Of a stretch of 64,000 nt of DNA, positions 54,430-64,000 are shown in pieces (position 1 is the stretch's first letter; every line of letters starts with the position of its first letter). A program made the translations under genes and the position numbers. The notes under the pieces were generated by a model that saw only the letters and a program-made list of their open reading frames with translations, made no database searches and was not told the DNA's origin. This DNA is from Octopus sinensis (taxonomy: Eukaryota): positions 34,968,001 to 35,032,000 of the forward strand of contig NC_043010.1 of the NCBI RefSeq assembly GCF_006345805.1, read 5' to 3'.

Positions 54430-54434
54430 GCGTG

Positions 54435-54466
<32 letters not shown>

Positions 54467-54680
54467 TGTATGTATGTATGTATGTATGTTTGTATGTTTG
54501 TATGTATGTATGTATGTGTGTGTATGTATGTATGTTTGTATGTATGTGTATGTATGTATGTTTGTATGTATGTATGGATGGATGGATATATGTATGTGTA
54601 TGTATGTATGTTTGTATGTATGTATGTATGTTTGTATGTATGTATGTTTGTATGTATGTATGTATGTATGTATGGGTGAT
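54430..54680. repeat. (TATG)n microsatellite
   Basis: Direct reading. Confidence 0.95.
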
Positions 54681-55069
54681 GTATGTGCGTGTGTGTGAGC
54701 TGTGTATCCATATACGAATGCGTGTCTTTAGCTTATATACAAATTTATACACACACACACACATAAACACACACACACACAAATATGTATATATATGTAT
54801 GTATGTGTATGTATGTATATATATATATGTATCAAAACAGGAAATTCGAAAAATTTTTGGTATTATCTATTCATCATTACACATGTTTCATTTGTTAATA
54901 GGAGTTACACGTTGTGTGTGTGTGTGTAGATGTGTATGTGTTGTGTGTGCGAATGCGTGTGTGTGTATGTGTGTGTGTGTGCATATATGTATATATTCTC
55001 CCTGCAACTATCCATATTGAGACACTTTATCCACATGTAAATTTCGTTTTATTTGATTTTCTGTTTACT

Positions 55070-55460
55070 CTTTTACTCTTTCAGTCATTTGACTGTGGCC
55101 ATGCTGGAGCACCACCTTTAATCGAGCTCATCGACCCCAGGACTTATTCTTTGTAAGCCTAGTACTTATTCTATCGGTCTCTTTTGCTGAACAGTTACGG
55201 AGACGTAAACACACCAGCATCGGTTGTCAAGTGATGTTGGGGAGGACAAACACAGACACACAAACATATACACACACATAATATATATATATATACACAC
55301 ATATATACCACAAGCTTCTTTCAGTTTCTGTCTACCAAATCCACTCATAAGGCTTTGGTCGGCCCGAGGCTATAGTAAAAGACACTTGCCCGAGGTGCCA
55401 CATAGTGGGACTGAACCCAGAACCATGTGGTTCATAAGCAAGCTACTTACCACACAGCCA
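55070..55460 (-). mobile_element. SINE family A, full length
   Basis: Reverse complement of the family A consensus seen in other copies. Confidence 0.88.
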
Positions 55461-56059
55461 CTTATTTCTCCTACATTTGTAATTCCTGTTTGTAAATGAA
55501 ACATGTGTAATGATGAATAAATCATACCCAGAAATTTTCTAATCTCGTTTTGATACATAATTATTCTCTTACTCTGCAAAAAATATTTCCCAGAATTTTC
55601 AACTCTTATGCATACCTCACACAAAGATAACATCTACACATACAGATTTGGAATACTAGAATAAGAAGATGTAATTATTGAGGACACAGGTTGAATATAA
55701 ACCCTATCTACATAATATATATATGCATGTATGTGTGTATATATACACTGCATGTGTGTATATACACATATATATATGCATATAATTTATATTAGATAGA
55801 TGATAAATGTATAGATATATATATGTGCATAAACATACATTTATCATATAAACATGATAATGATGATATATATATATATATATATATGCTTGTATGTATA
55901 TATGTGTGTGTATATATGTATGTGTATATATGTGTGTGTGTATGTATGTGTGTATATATGTATGTGTATATATGTATGTGTATATGTGCATGTGTGTATG
56001 TTTATAATGTATATATGTGAGTATGTATATAGAACATACACACACACACTCATACACAC

Positions 56060-56249
56060 AATAGAGAGGGAGGTGGGAAAGAGAGAAACAAGGAGAGAAT
56101 AAAGTATAGCAGCAAGAGTGACAGAGATGAATAAAATATAAAGAGGTGAAGTGCAAGACAGGAGGAAAAGTAGAAAAAAAAAAGCAGGAAGAAAAGTGAG
56201 AGAGGAGACAGAAAATATTTGTAATAGAGATGGAGGTGACATTGAAATT

Positions 56250-56288
<39 letters not shown>

Positions 56289-56690
56289 AGGAATATAGTG
56301 ACAAAGAAAGAAAGCAAAGGATAAGGTTTGGGAGTGGGAAAGGAGGGGAAAGTTTGAAAGGGGAAAAGTGAAAGACATATACATAGATACAGGGGCAGGA
56401 GGAGCATACAACAGAAAGGTTCAAAGGAATTATAGAAGGGGAAGCAGGGAGAAAGAGTGAAATTTAAAATATTCAGAGAGGAGAGAGAGAGAGAGGGGGT
56501 GTTGAAAATATAGAATTAAACAAGTGATATAGAAAAAAAAAGAAGAAAGAGAATTAAGAAGGGGGCAAGGGGAGAAAGATAGAGAATTGAAAGAAAGAAA
56601 GAAAGAAAGAAAGAAAGGGTAGGATAACAGAGGGGGTTGAAGATTAAAGGATGACAAAAAAATTCAAAGAAGAAAAGAAAAAGGTGTAAG
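56060..56690. repeat. ~630-bp purine-rich tract
   Basis: Strongly A/G-biased plus strand with (GA)n and (GAAA)n runs. Confidence 0.85.
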
Positions 56691-56829
56691 TTTAATTAAC
56701 AAAACCCTCTTAAGTATGTATATGTGTATGTTATGCCATGCCTGAATGCTTTCATTATATGTATGTATGTATGCAAGCATGCATTATGCATGTGTGTGTG
56801 TGTGTGTGTGTGTGTGGCAAATAAGGCTC

Positions 56830-57200
56830 TTCAGCACTGTAGCTGCTCATTGAAGAGAAGGTAACTCCATATGATTCCTGCATCCTGATAGCTCTTGGGA
56901 TCATGTCACTTGTTGCACCAACCAGATCAACACAAGTTTGAAGGACCTGAGAGTAAGGACTGGCTCTGCACAAACCATGCCCACTGTAATAATATTTATA
57001 GTACAGGTTGTTCAGTACACCAAGATACCATCACCAACATCATCACACTTGCATTGTAAGTCCAGTGGCAATAGGGAAAAAGGCGATGGGGAGAGGTAGA
57101 AGATAATACTGAGTCTTCAGCTTTGACCCTGTATATAGAGATGGCCATAGGATGATGGTAATTTTTTTTGTCGTGTTGAACTCCCATTCATAGGAGTGAC
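56830..57200 (-). pseudogene. Decayed LINE RT core fragment
   Basis: Minus frame YIQGQS*RLSIIFYLSPSPFSLLPLDLQCKCDDVG loosely resembles GVPQGSVLSPLLFSLYT...YADD. Confidence 0.3.
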
Positions 57201-57327
57201 GAGAAAGTCCACATGAATGTATGCATGTATGTGTACATATGTATATTCTTTTATTCTTTTACTGCATATATATTTATATATTTGTCTGTCTGCATGCATG
57301 TATGTATGTATGTATGTATGTATGTAT

Positions 57328-57620
57328 GTGGAGGCGCAATGGCCCAGTAGTTAGGGCAGCAGACTTGCAGTCAGAGGATCACGGTTTCAATGTGTGTGTT
57401 TATTGAGCAGAAACACCTAAAGCTCCATGAGGCTCCAGCAGGGGGTAGTGGCGACCCCTGTTGTACTCTTTCACCTCAACTTCCTCTCAATCTTTTTTCC
57501 TGTTTCTCGAGTAACGCTGCGATCGACTGGTGTCCCGTCCAGCTGGGGGGAACACATATGCCACAGAAACCGGGAAACCAGGCCCATGAGCCTGGCTAGG
57601 CTTGGAAAGAGCGCATAAAT
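57328..57620 (+). mobile_element. SINE with family B head and V-domain body
   Basis: Head as in family B, then gcgatcgactggtgtcccgtccagctgggggg...gccacagaaaccggga...ggcccatgagcc (V-SINE-like), with an (AAAT)n tail. Confidence 0.75.
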
Positions 57621-57924
57621 AAATAAATGTATGTATGTATGCATACAGTCATGTTTTTATGTATGTATGCAAGTCAAATAGTACCAATGCCATGCTTGTC
57701 ACTGGAACTTTCTATGATGACTGAGAGATTGGTAAAAGTGTGGTACAAGCTTTTGTCACTTAATTCCAATGATCTACAGCTGTTTCACTATCGTTTCATT
57801 TCTTAAACTGATTTATAAGTTATAAAGTCCTATGGTGATGGAAACATGATGTGAAAAATCGTAACCATGCACATATAAGGGTGAAAGTAAATCAGAACAA
57901 CCAGGCTAAATGTGAGATGGCTGT

Positions 57925-58197
57925 CCCCCTTTGTTCATGAATAACCATGGGATTGCACCTAGAAAGCTATCCTCTGAGGTACAAGTCCAGACAAGGTTGT
58001 TTGTATGGAAGACCAGCAGTCAGCCATGCATACTAGCCTCTCCTCTGTGACACTGCAGCTCATTTCTACAGCTGAGTGTACTGGATCAACATGAAATACA
58101 GTGCCTTGCTCAAGAACACAACACACAGCCCAGTCCAGGAATCAAACTCACTACCTCATGATTGTAAGCCTGATGCTCTAACCACTGAGCCATGCAT
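57925..58197 (-). mobile_element. CORE-SINE (family E)
   Basis: Homologous to 16455-16812. Confidence 0.75.
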
Positions 58198-59239
58198 TCC
58201 TCCCAGATTCACTTAAGTTTTTTTTTTTTCCTTTTGCTTTCAGAATTCAAGCTAGTCACTAACAAAGTGATAAGATTCTTTTGTTTAAATCAAGACAGCT
58301 CTTGGAGTTTGTGGATATGTGAATTAACATATGTATATATGTAATGGTGTGTGTGTGAGTCATTAAACTTTCACTCCTGTTGTATGTGATCATGTCTCTT
58401 CAGTACAAAAGTGTGTGTCTTGTTACTATTTGGGTGTGTACATGTCTATGTATATCACATGCACATGTGACTATGTGCATGTACTTACTCTAGGAACCAC
58501 AAATGGACAATCCCTGGAATGTTACAAAATTTCACTGTAGCATTAATATTTAAGTAAAATATCTGAACTTTGTTGGATGCAATAAAGTGAATAATACACA
58601 AGAAATTAGAGATTAAGTTGAATGTTAATGACTTGTACAGTGAAAATACTGCATTTTACATCTTGAAGAATTTTAATTTCATTTATATTCGAACAGGTAC
58701 AGAAGCACTTAGGTTAAAAATTACAGCAGGTTTGGGTGCAACCGAGTGGTTAATTATTAAAAAATAAAATATTGAAAATACATTTCAAGGCTGGGGAAAA
58801 TGCCAAATTTTCAACAGGCATGGAATTAATGTAAATTAAAAATATTCTCATTTAAAAAAAAATATAATGTTGAGATTTATTTACTGCAATGGATGTAGAA
58901 TGATGAAAATATATTTGCATATGTTTAAGTGCAGCAGAGGTGAGGGGAAATTTCATTTGTTCAAATTTTGATGAAAATGGCTTAAACTACACATATCAGA
59001 TAGTGGAAGGCATGGAATTTTTACACATTGAAAAAGTTGAAATAGTTTTGCACTAAATAATATAGATTCTCTTGCTTAAAAATATTTCTGCATGTTATTG
59101 TGCAACTGAGAGGGTAATTCTAAAGAAATTTCAGCTTCAGTTTCAAAAAAGTTGGGCAAAATACTAAATTTCTAACAAGCATAGGATTCATGGAAACTGT
59201 GAATTTTTCTCTTTACAAAATTTCAAAACTATATATTCT

Positions 59240-59645
59240 AACACAAGCACAGCTGACTGGTTAAGATGCTTACTTTGCAGCCATGTGGATTTGGTTCCAG
59301 TCTCATTACACAGCCCCTTGGGGATATATTTCCTATTATAGCTTCAGGTCAATGAATGCTTTATGAGCAGATTTGGTAGATGGAACTATGGAAGCCCATC
59401 ATATATGTATGTATGTATTTATGTATGTATGTATGTATGTATGTATGTATGTATGTATGGATGGATGGGTGGATGGATGGATGGATGTATGGATGGATGG
59501 ATGGATATGTTTGATTTGTTTACGTCACTGTAACTTAGTGGTTCAGCAAAGGAGACTGATAGAACAAGTTCCAGACTTAATTCAAGGAAGTGCCCCAGAA
59601 TGACCACAGTCCAAAACTGAAACAAATGAAAAGTAAAAGGTAACA
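59240..59645 (+). mobile_element. Old SINE family A
   Basis: Head, (TATG)n/(GGAT)n centre, and tail ccagaatgaccacagtcc...gaaacaaatgaaaag. Confidence 0.7.
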
Positions 59646-60329
59646 AATATAGAAAACTACAATGAAGCATCTGAGTATATTTGAGTTCAACAATATGGAA
59701 AATCCTTAAGATTTTTGACCTTTGTAAGTTGGATAAAAGAAAATTAGCCAAAATTTCTCCATTTCTGACAATAGAAGTTATGGAGTATTACACATTAGAG
59801 AATTTGAAATTGTTATTTTATGTTAACAGTGTATTAATAATGTAATGGAGAATGCAATAAAGAAACTAGTAGCAATGGAAGGCAGTTCCAACTTTGTGTG
59901 TGTGTGTGTGTCCCAACTGAAGGATTAAGAAGTTTGGTTCATATCAATGAGGCTGTGAATTTGATCTTATTGTTGGGCAAATATCATTTTCTATAGACTG
60001 GTGTTTCTATCTACCAAATCCATCCACAAGGCTTTGGTCGACCTGGGGGTTATATTAGAAGACACTTGCCCAAGGTGCCATGCAGTGCTGATTACACATT
60101 CTCATACGAAGCAATACCAGTGTAAGAGCCATCAATGGGATCGTCTGCATCATTGGTTCTCAGCCTTTTGTAGCTTAGCAACCACTTTCACAGAATGGAA
60201 TTTTACAAATGCTTCCTCCCCATTTTTTGATGAAAAGAAAATGGGAGAGAGAGAGAGCAGATTATTTTAAACAGAAGTTCAAATTTTTCTTATAAGGTTT
60301 CACCATCCTCCTCCTCCTCCTCCTCCTCC

Positions 60330-60368
<39 letters not shown>

Positions 60369-61098
60369 CCATCATCATTTAACGTCCATTTTTCATGCTG
60401 GCATGGGTTAGACAGATTGACAAGATCCAGCAAGCTGTAAGGACATGTCAAGCTCCAGTGTCAGCTTTGGCATGGTTTCCACATCTGGTTGCCCTTCTTA
60501 ATGCCAACCACTTTACAGAGTGTATTGGGTACTTTTTCTGCACCACAGGCACTAGTGAGGTTCCTGTATAACTTGCGAGACAAAAAAGAATAGGGAAAAA
60601 GGAATATGCTCCCACTATTAAGAGGGAAGTATTTGAGGGAGTAAATGGAGGTGGGTGGTTTTAAGCCAGGGTGAAAGGCTATGGTATGATAGAGGGATAA
60701 GCACAGGTGTCTTGCAATAGATGAGATACATGGCTGAAGGAGACAAAAGGAAGATAGTGATGGGGTGCTAGAGCAAACTCTCAAGGTACAAGAGAGTAAG
60801 CATAAGAGAGGATATGTTGTGGAAGGGAAGGAGAGAGTGGGTACTTTCATAAAAGTAATATTTTTGAAGATTGAAGATTATCAAATCCAGCATTTTACTC
60901 CTCTTTAAATATTTGCATAGATTTGTGTTCTTATATTAAATTTTTTATGGAAATTATTAAAGAAGATGAGTTCATGGTAAGAAACTTGTTTGCTAACCAC
61001 ATTGTTCTGGGTTCAGTCCAACTGCATGGCACCTTGGGCCAACCAAAGCCTTGTCAGTGGATTCAGTAAACAGAAACTGAAAGAAGCCCATCATATAT

Positions 61099-62033
61099 AT
61101 CATCATCATCATCATCATCATCATCATCGTTTAACGTCTGCTCTCCATGCTAGCATGGGTTGGACGATTTGACTGAGGTCTAGTGAACCAGATGGCTGCA
61201 CCAGGCTCCAATCTGATCTGGCAGAGTTTCTACAGCTGGATGCCCTTCTTAACACCAACCACTCCAAGAGTGTAGTGGGTGCTTTTACATGCCACCGGCA
61301 CGAGGGCCAGTCAGGTGGTACTGGCAACGGCCATGCTCAAATGGTGTTTTTTATGTGCCACCTGCAGAGGAGCCAGTCCAGTGGCACTGACAATGACCTC
61401 ACTCGAATGTTTTTTCACGTGCCACCAGCACAAGTGCTAGTAAGGTGACGCAGGTAACGATCACGCTTAAATGGTACTTTTTACGTGCCACCGGCACAGA
61501 AGCCAGTTTGTTGCTCTGGCAATGATCACACTCATATGGTACTCTTAGCACTCCACTAGCACAGATGCCAGTCATCTAATTTGATTTCGATTTTGATTTC
61601 ACTTGCCTCAACAGGTCTTCACAAGCAGAGTTTAGTGTCCAATAAAAGAAAGGTGCGCATAAGTCGGCTGGTTACACCCCTGGCATAGGCCACGAGGTTA
61701 TGGTCTCACTTGGCTTGCCGAGTCTTCTCAAGCACAGCATGTTTCCAAAGGTCCCGGTCACTAGTCATTGCCTCAGTGAGGCCCAGTGTTCAAAGGTCAT
61801 GCTTCCCCACCTCATCCCAGGTCTTCCTGGATCTACCTCTTCCACAGGTTCCCTCAACATGTGTGTGACACTTTTTCACACAGCTATCCTCATCCATTCT
61901 CACCACATGGCAATACCAGCGCAGTCGTCCCTCTTGCACACCACATTTGATGCTTCTTAGGTCCAACTTTTCTCTTAAGGTACTTACACTCTGTTGACTA
62001 TGCACACTGACATTACACATCCATCGGACCAAC
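61099..62033 (-). mobile_element. 5'-truncated RTE-clade LINE
   Basis: ORF 61790-62032 MVRWMCNV...GRLRWYCHVVRMDEDSCVKKC...GRGRSRKTWDEV is the RTE RT C-terminus; followed by 3' UTR and (GAT)n tail. Confidence 0.88.
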
Positions 62034-62169
62034 CAGCCCCTGCTGGAGCCTCATGGAGATTTAGATGCTTTCCCTCAATAAACACACACAACGCCCAGTC
62101 TGGGAATCGAAACCACGACCCTCTGACCATGAGTCCGCTGTCCTAACCACTGGGCCATTGTGCCTCCTC
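62034..62169 (-). mobile_element. SINE family B 5' head fused directly to the RTE fragment
   Basis: Minus strand ggaggcacaatggcccagtggttagg...gaggctccagcaggggctggt joins tggtccgatggatg. Confidence 0.75.
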
Positions 62170-62430
62170 ATATAATGTAGGTATAGGTAAATTATGTCTG
62201 ATTAAAATACAGGGTGGGAGTGCTAAGCATTGATGTGTATAAATGCAATGTCATTGCCAGTTCAAATATGCTTGTGGCACATTCAAACCCATAAGAAAGT
62301 TATTCATTGCATTTTGTCATAGAGAAAATTTCTTGCTGTAGACCTGGGGTGTCAAATTAAATCACACAGGGGGCCAAAACTCAAAGCACACTTTAGGTTG
62401 TGGGCCAAACATGATAAACATTTATTGTAT

Positions 62431-63240
62431 AGGTGTAGGAGTGGCTGTGTGGTAAGTAGCTTGCTTACGAACCATATGGTTCTGGGTTCAATGGAGGTGC
62501 AATGGCCCAGTGGTTAGGGCAGCGGACTCGCGGTCGTAGGATCACGGTTTCGATTCCCAGACCGGGCGTTGTGAGTGTTTTTTGAGCAAAAACACCTAAA
62601 GCTCCACGAGGCTCCGGCAGGGGATGGTGGTGATCCCTGCTGTACTCTTTCACCACAACTTTCTCTCACTCTTACTTCCTGTTTCTGTTGTACCTGTATT
62701 TCAAGGGGCCGGCCTTGTCACTCTCTGTGTCACGCTGAATATCCCCGAGAACTATGTTAAGGGTACATGTGTCTGTGGAGTGCTCAGTCACTTACATGTT
62801 AATTTCACGAGCAGGCTGTTCCGTTGATCGGATCAACCGGAACCCTCATCGTCGTAACCGACGGAGTGCTTCCACCACTGGGTTCAGTCCCACTGCATGG
62901 CACCTTGGGCACATGTCTTCTACTATAGCCTCAGGCCGACCAAAGCCTTGAGAGTGGATTTGGTAGACAGAAACTGAAAGAAGCCCGTCATATATATCTA
63001 TATATATATATATGTGTGTGTGTGTATATGTTTGTGTGTCTGTGTTTGTCCCCACCAACATCGCATGACAACCAATACTGGTATGTTTACTCTCCATAAC
63101 TTAGCGGTTCAACAAAGAGACCGATAGAATAAGTACTTGGCATACAAAGAATAAGTCTTGGGGTCGATTTTCTCAACTGAATGTGGTGCTCCAGCATGGC
63201 CACAGTCACATGACTGAAACAAGTAAAAGAGTAAAAGAGA
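62431..63240 (+). mobile_element. SINE family A nested in the hAT and interrupted by SINE B
   Basis: Head at 62431-62490 resumes at 62878 and continues to gtaaaagagtaaaagag. Confidence 0.85.
62491..62877 (+). mobile_element. Full-length SINE family B nested in SINE A
   Basis: 9-bp TSD ctgggttca at 62482-62490 and 62878-62886. Confidence 0.92.
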
Positions 63241-63466
63241 CTAAAACTTTCTGACCATGAACATATATTGAAACAGATGGTATATAATTTTATTCCAAAA
63301 ATAAATTAAGCTTAACTTAAAATATTTTGCCCTGCATAAAGATATCACCTCTCAATATTATAAAAATTTTAAATGAGAACATGTTGTAAAAGTGAAAATA
63401 TGATATAAATAAAAAATGTGATTTTTAGTGAAAATTAAAATAATAAATCAAAACCTTCAATTTTCT

Positions 63467-64000
63467 TTATGAAATTTTGTCTGAGCTACATACTTGGCAT
63501 CTTTTCTTGGCAATGAGTTCATTGATGTTTGGGGCAAGGTTCTGTGTTGTTGAGACTCTCAGGATGGATTGCAGGTGTTCATCTGTGAGACGACTCCTAT
63601 GTGACGTTTTATTCATCTTCATCACAGAGAACAGCTGCTCGCACAGATATGTGCTTCCAAACAATGAAAGTGTTCGAGCTGCATGTAAACGGAGCTGGGG
63701 CATTGCTTCAGATATGAAGCAAGTGAACTGTGCAGACCCTACAGAGTCACACTTTGCTTTTAATGTCCCATTACACTGCAGAGCTATCAGCTCCGTTTGA
63801 ATCTGTACAGGTGCAGTTTCCACATTGATAGCAAATGTGTTGCGAAGCAGCTCAAAATTATTTTTCTGTGCTTCAAAGTTACTAAAGCACCATGTAAATT
63901 CAGTGTGGAGTGCACTCAATTTATCAACAAAGTGTTGCTTTGGGAACACCGTGGTGCCAACTTGGCTCAACATTACTTGGAAACAGGAAAAGTGTGACAT
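63467..64000 (-). CDS. hAT transposase C-terminal dimerisation region (GTF2IRD2/EPM2AIP1/SPIN-like), partial
   Basis: Open 177-codon frame with LSLFGSTYLCEQLFSVMKMNKTSHRSRLTDEHL; the 5' part lies outside the window. Confidence 0.9.
   Translation of the reverse strand: MSHFSCFQVMLSQVGTTVFPKQHFVDKLSALHTEFTWCFSNFEAQKNNFELLRNTFAINVETAPVQIQTELIALQCNGTLKAKCDSVGSAQFTCFISEAMPQLRLHAARTLSLFGSTYLCEQLFSVMKMNKTSHRSRLTDEHLQSILRVSTTQNLAPNINELIAKKRCQVCSSDKIS

Larger units (their letters stand above)
62344..64000 (-). mobile_element. hAT DNA transposon (Charlie/SPIN/GTF2IRD2-like), 3' part; continues beyond the window
   Basis: Terminal ctggggtgtcaaa (CAGGGGTGTCAAA-like TIR) preceded by ctgtagac, which fits the central-TA 8-bp hAT target; transposase ORF at 63467-64000. 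Confidence 0.85.

Noticed and set aside
54049-54711. 220-aa ORF with a signal-peptide-like LLLLLLLP stretch
   Set aside because: The start lies in (CATA)n microsatellite, with no in-frame Met near the hydrophobic stretch; treated as UTR.
58600-59200. AT-rich segment resembling an ancient DNA transposon interior
   Set aside because: No TIR pair or TSD could be identified.
161-60270. Dozens of ORFs rich in YI, CV, HT or MYVC repeats
   Set aside because: They are translations of (TA)n, (CA)n, (TATG)n and (AAT)n microsatellites.
1-64000. CRISPR arrays, rRNA or prokaryote-type operons
   Set aside because: No regularly spaced repeat-spacer array or such genes; the sequence is eukaryotic repeat-rich DNA.

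Overview
AT-rich, microsatellite-dense eukaryotic DNA. The repeat families (tRNA-derived SINEs with CORE-, V- and Meta-like domains, RTE tails ending in (GAT)n, Penelope-type modules) point to an animal, most likely an octopus/cephalopod; this is inference, not proof. I found no convincing host protein-coding exon. Almost all ORF-track entries are microsatellite or SINE translations, and the protein-like ones are decayed transposon fragments (CR1/L2/I-type RT, RTE, R4/Dong-type, mariner, and a Charlie/SPIN-type hAT transposase running off the right edge). A CpG-retaining segment with a perfect minus-strand donor (CAG|GTAAGT, 54053) looks like a 5'-UTR first exon, so most of the window may be intron. 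The most interesting signal is three unrelated fold-back elements (9.6, 22.5-23.1 and 39.7 kb). Each carries a minimal type I hammerhead ribozyme fold with a palindromic helix III, as in Penelope-like retroelements. One has a G3-C8 compensatory swap of the catalytic core, seen in both arms. There are also several nested insertions with intact TSDs, an apparent SINE target-site preference, and a SINE-head/RTE-tail chimera. Coordinates were counted by hand and may be off by a few bases.
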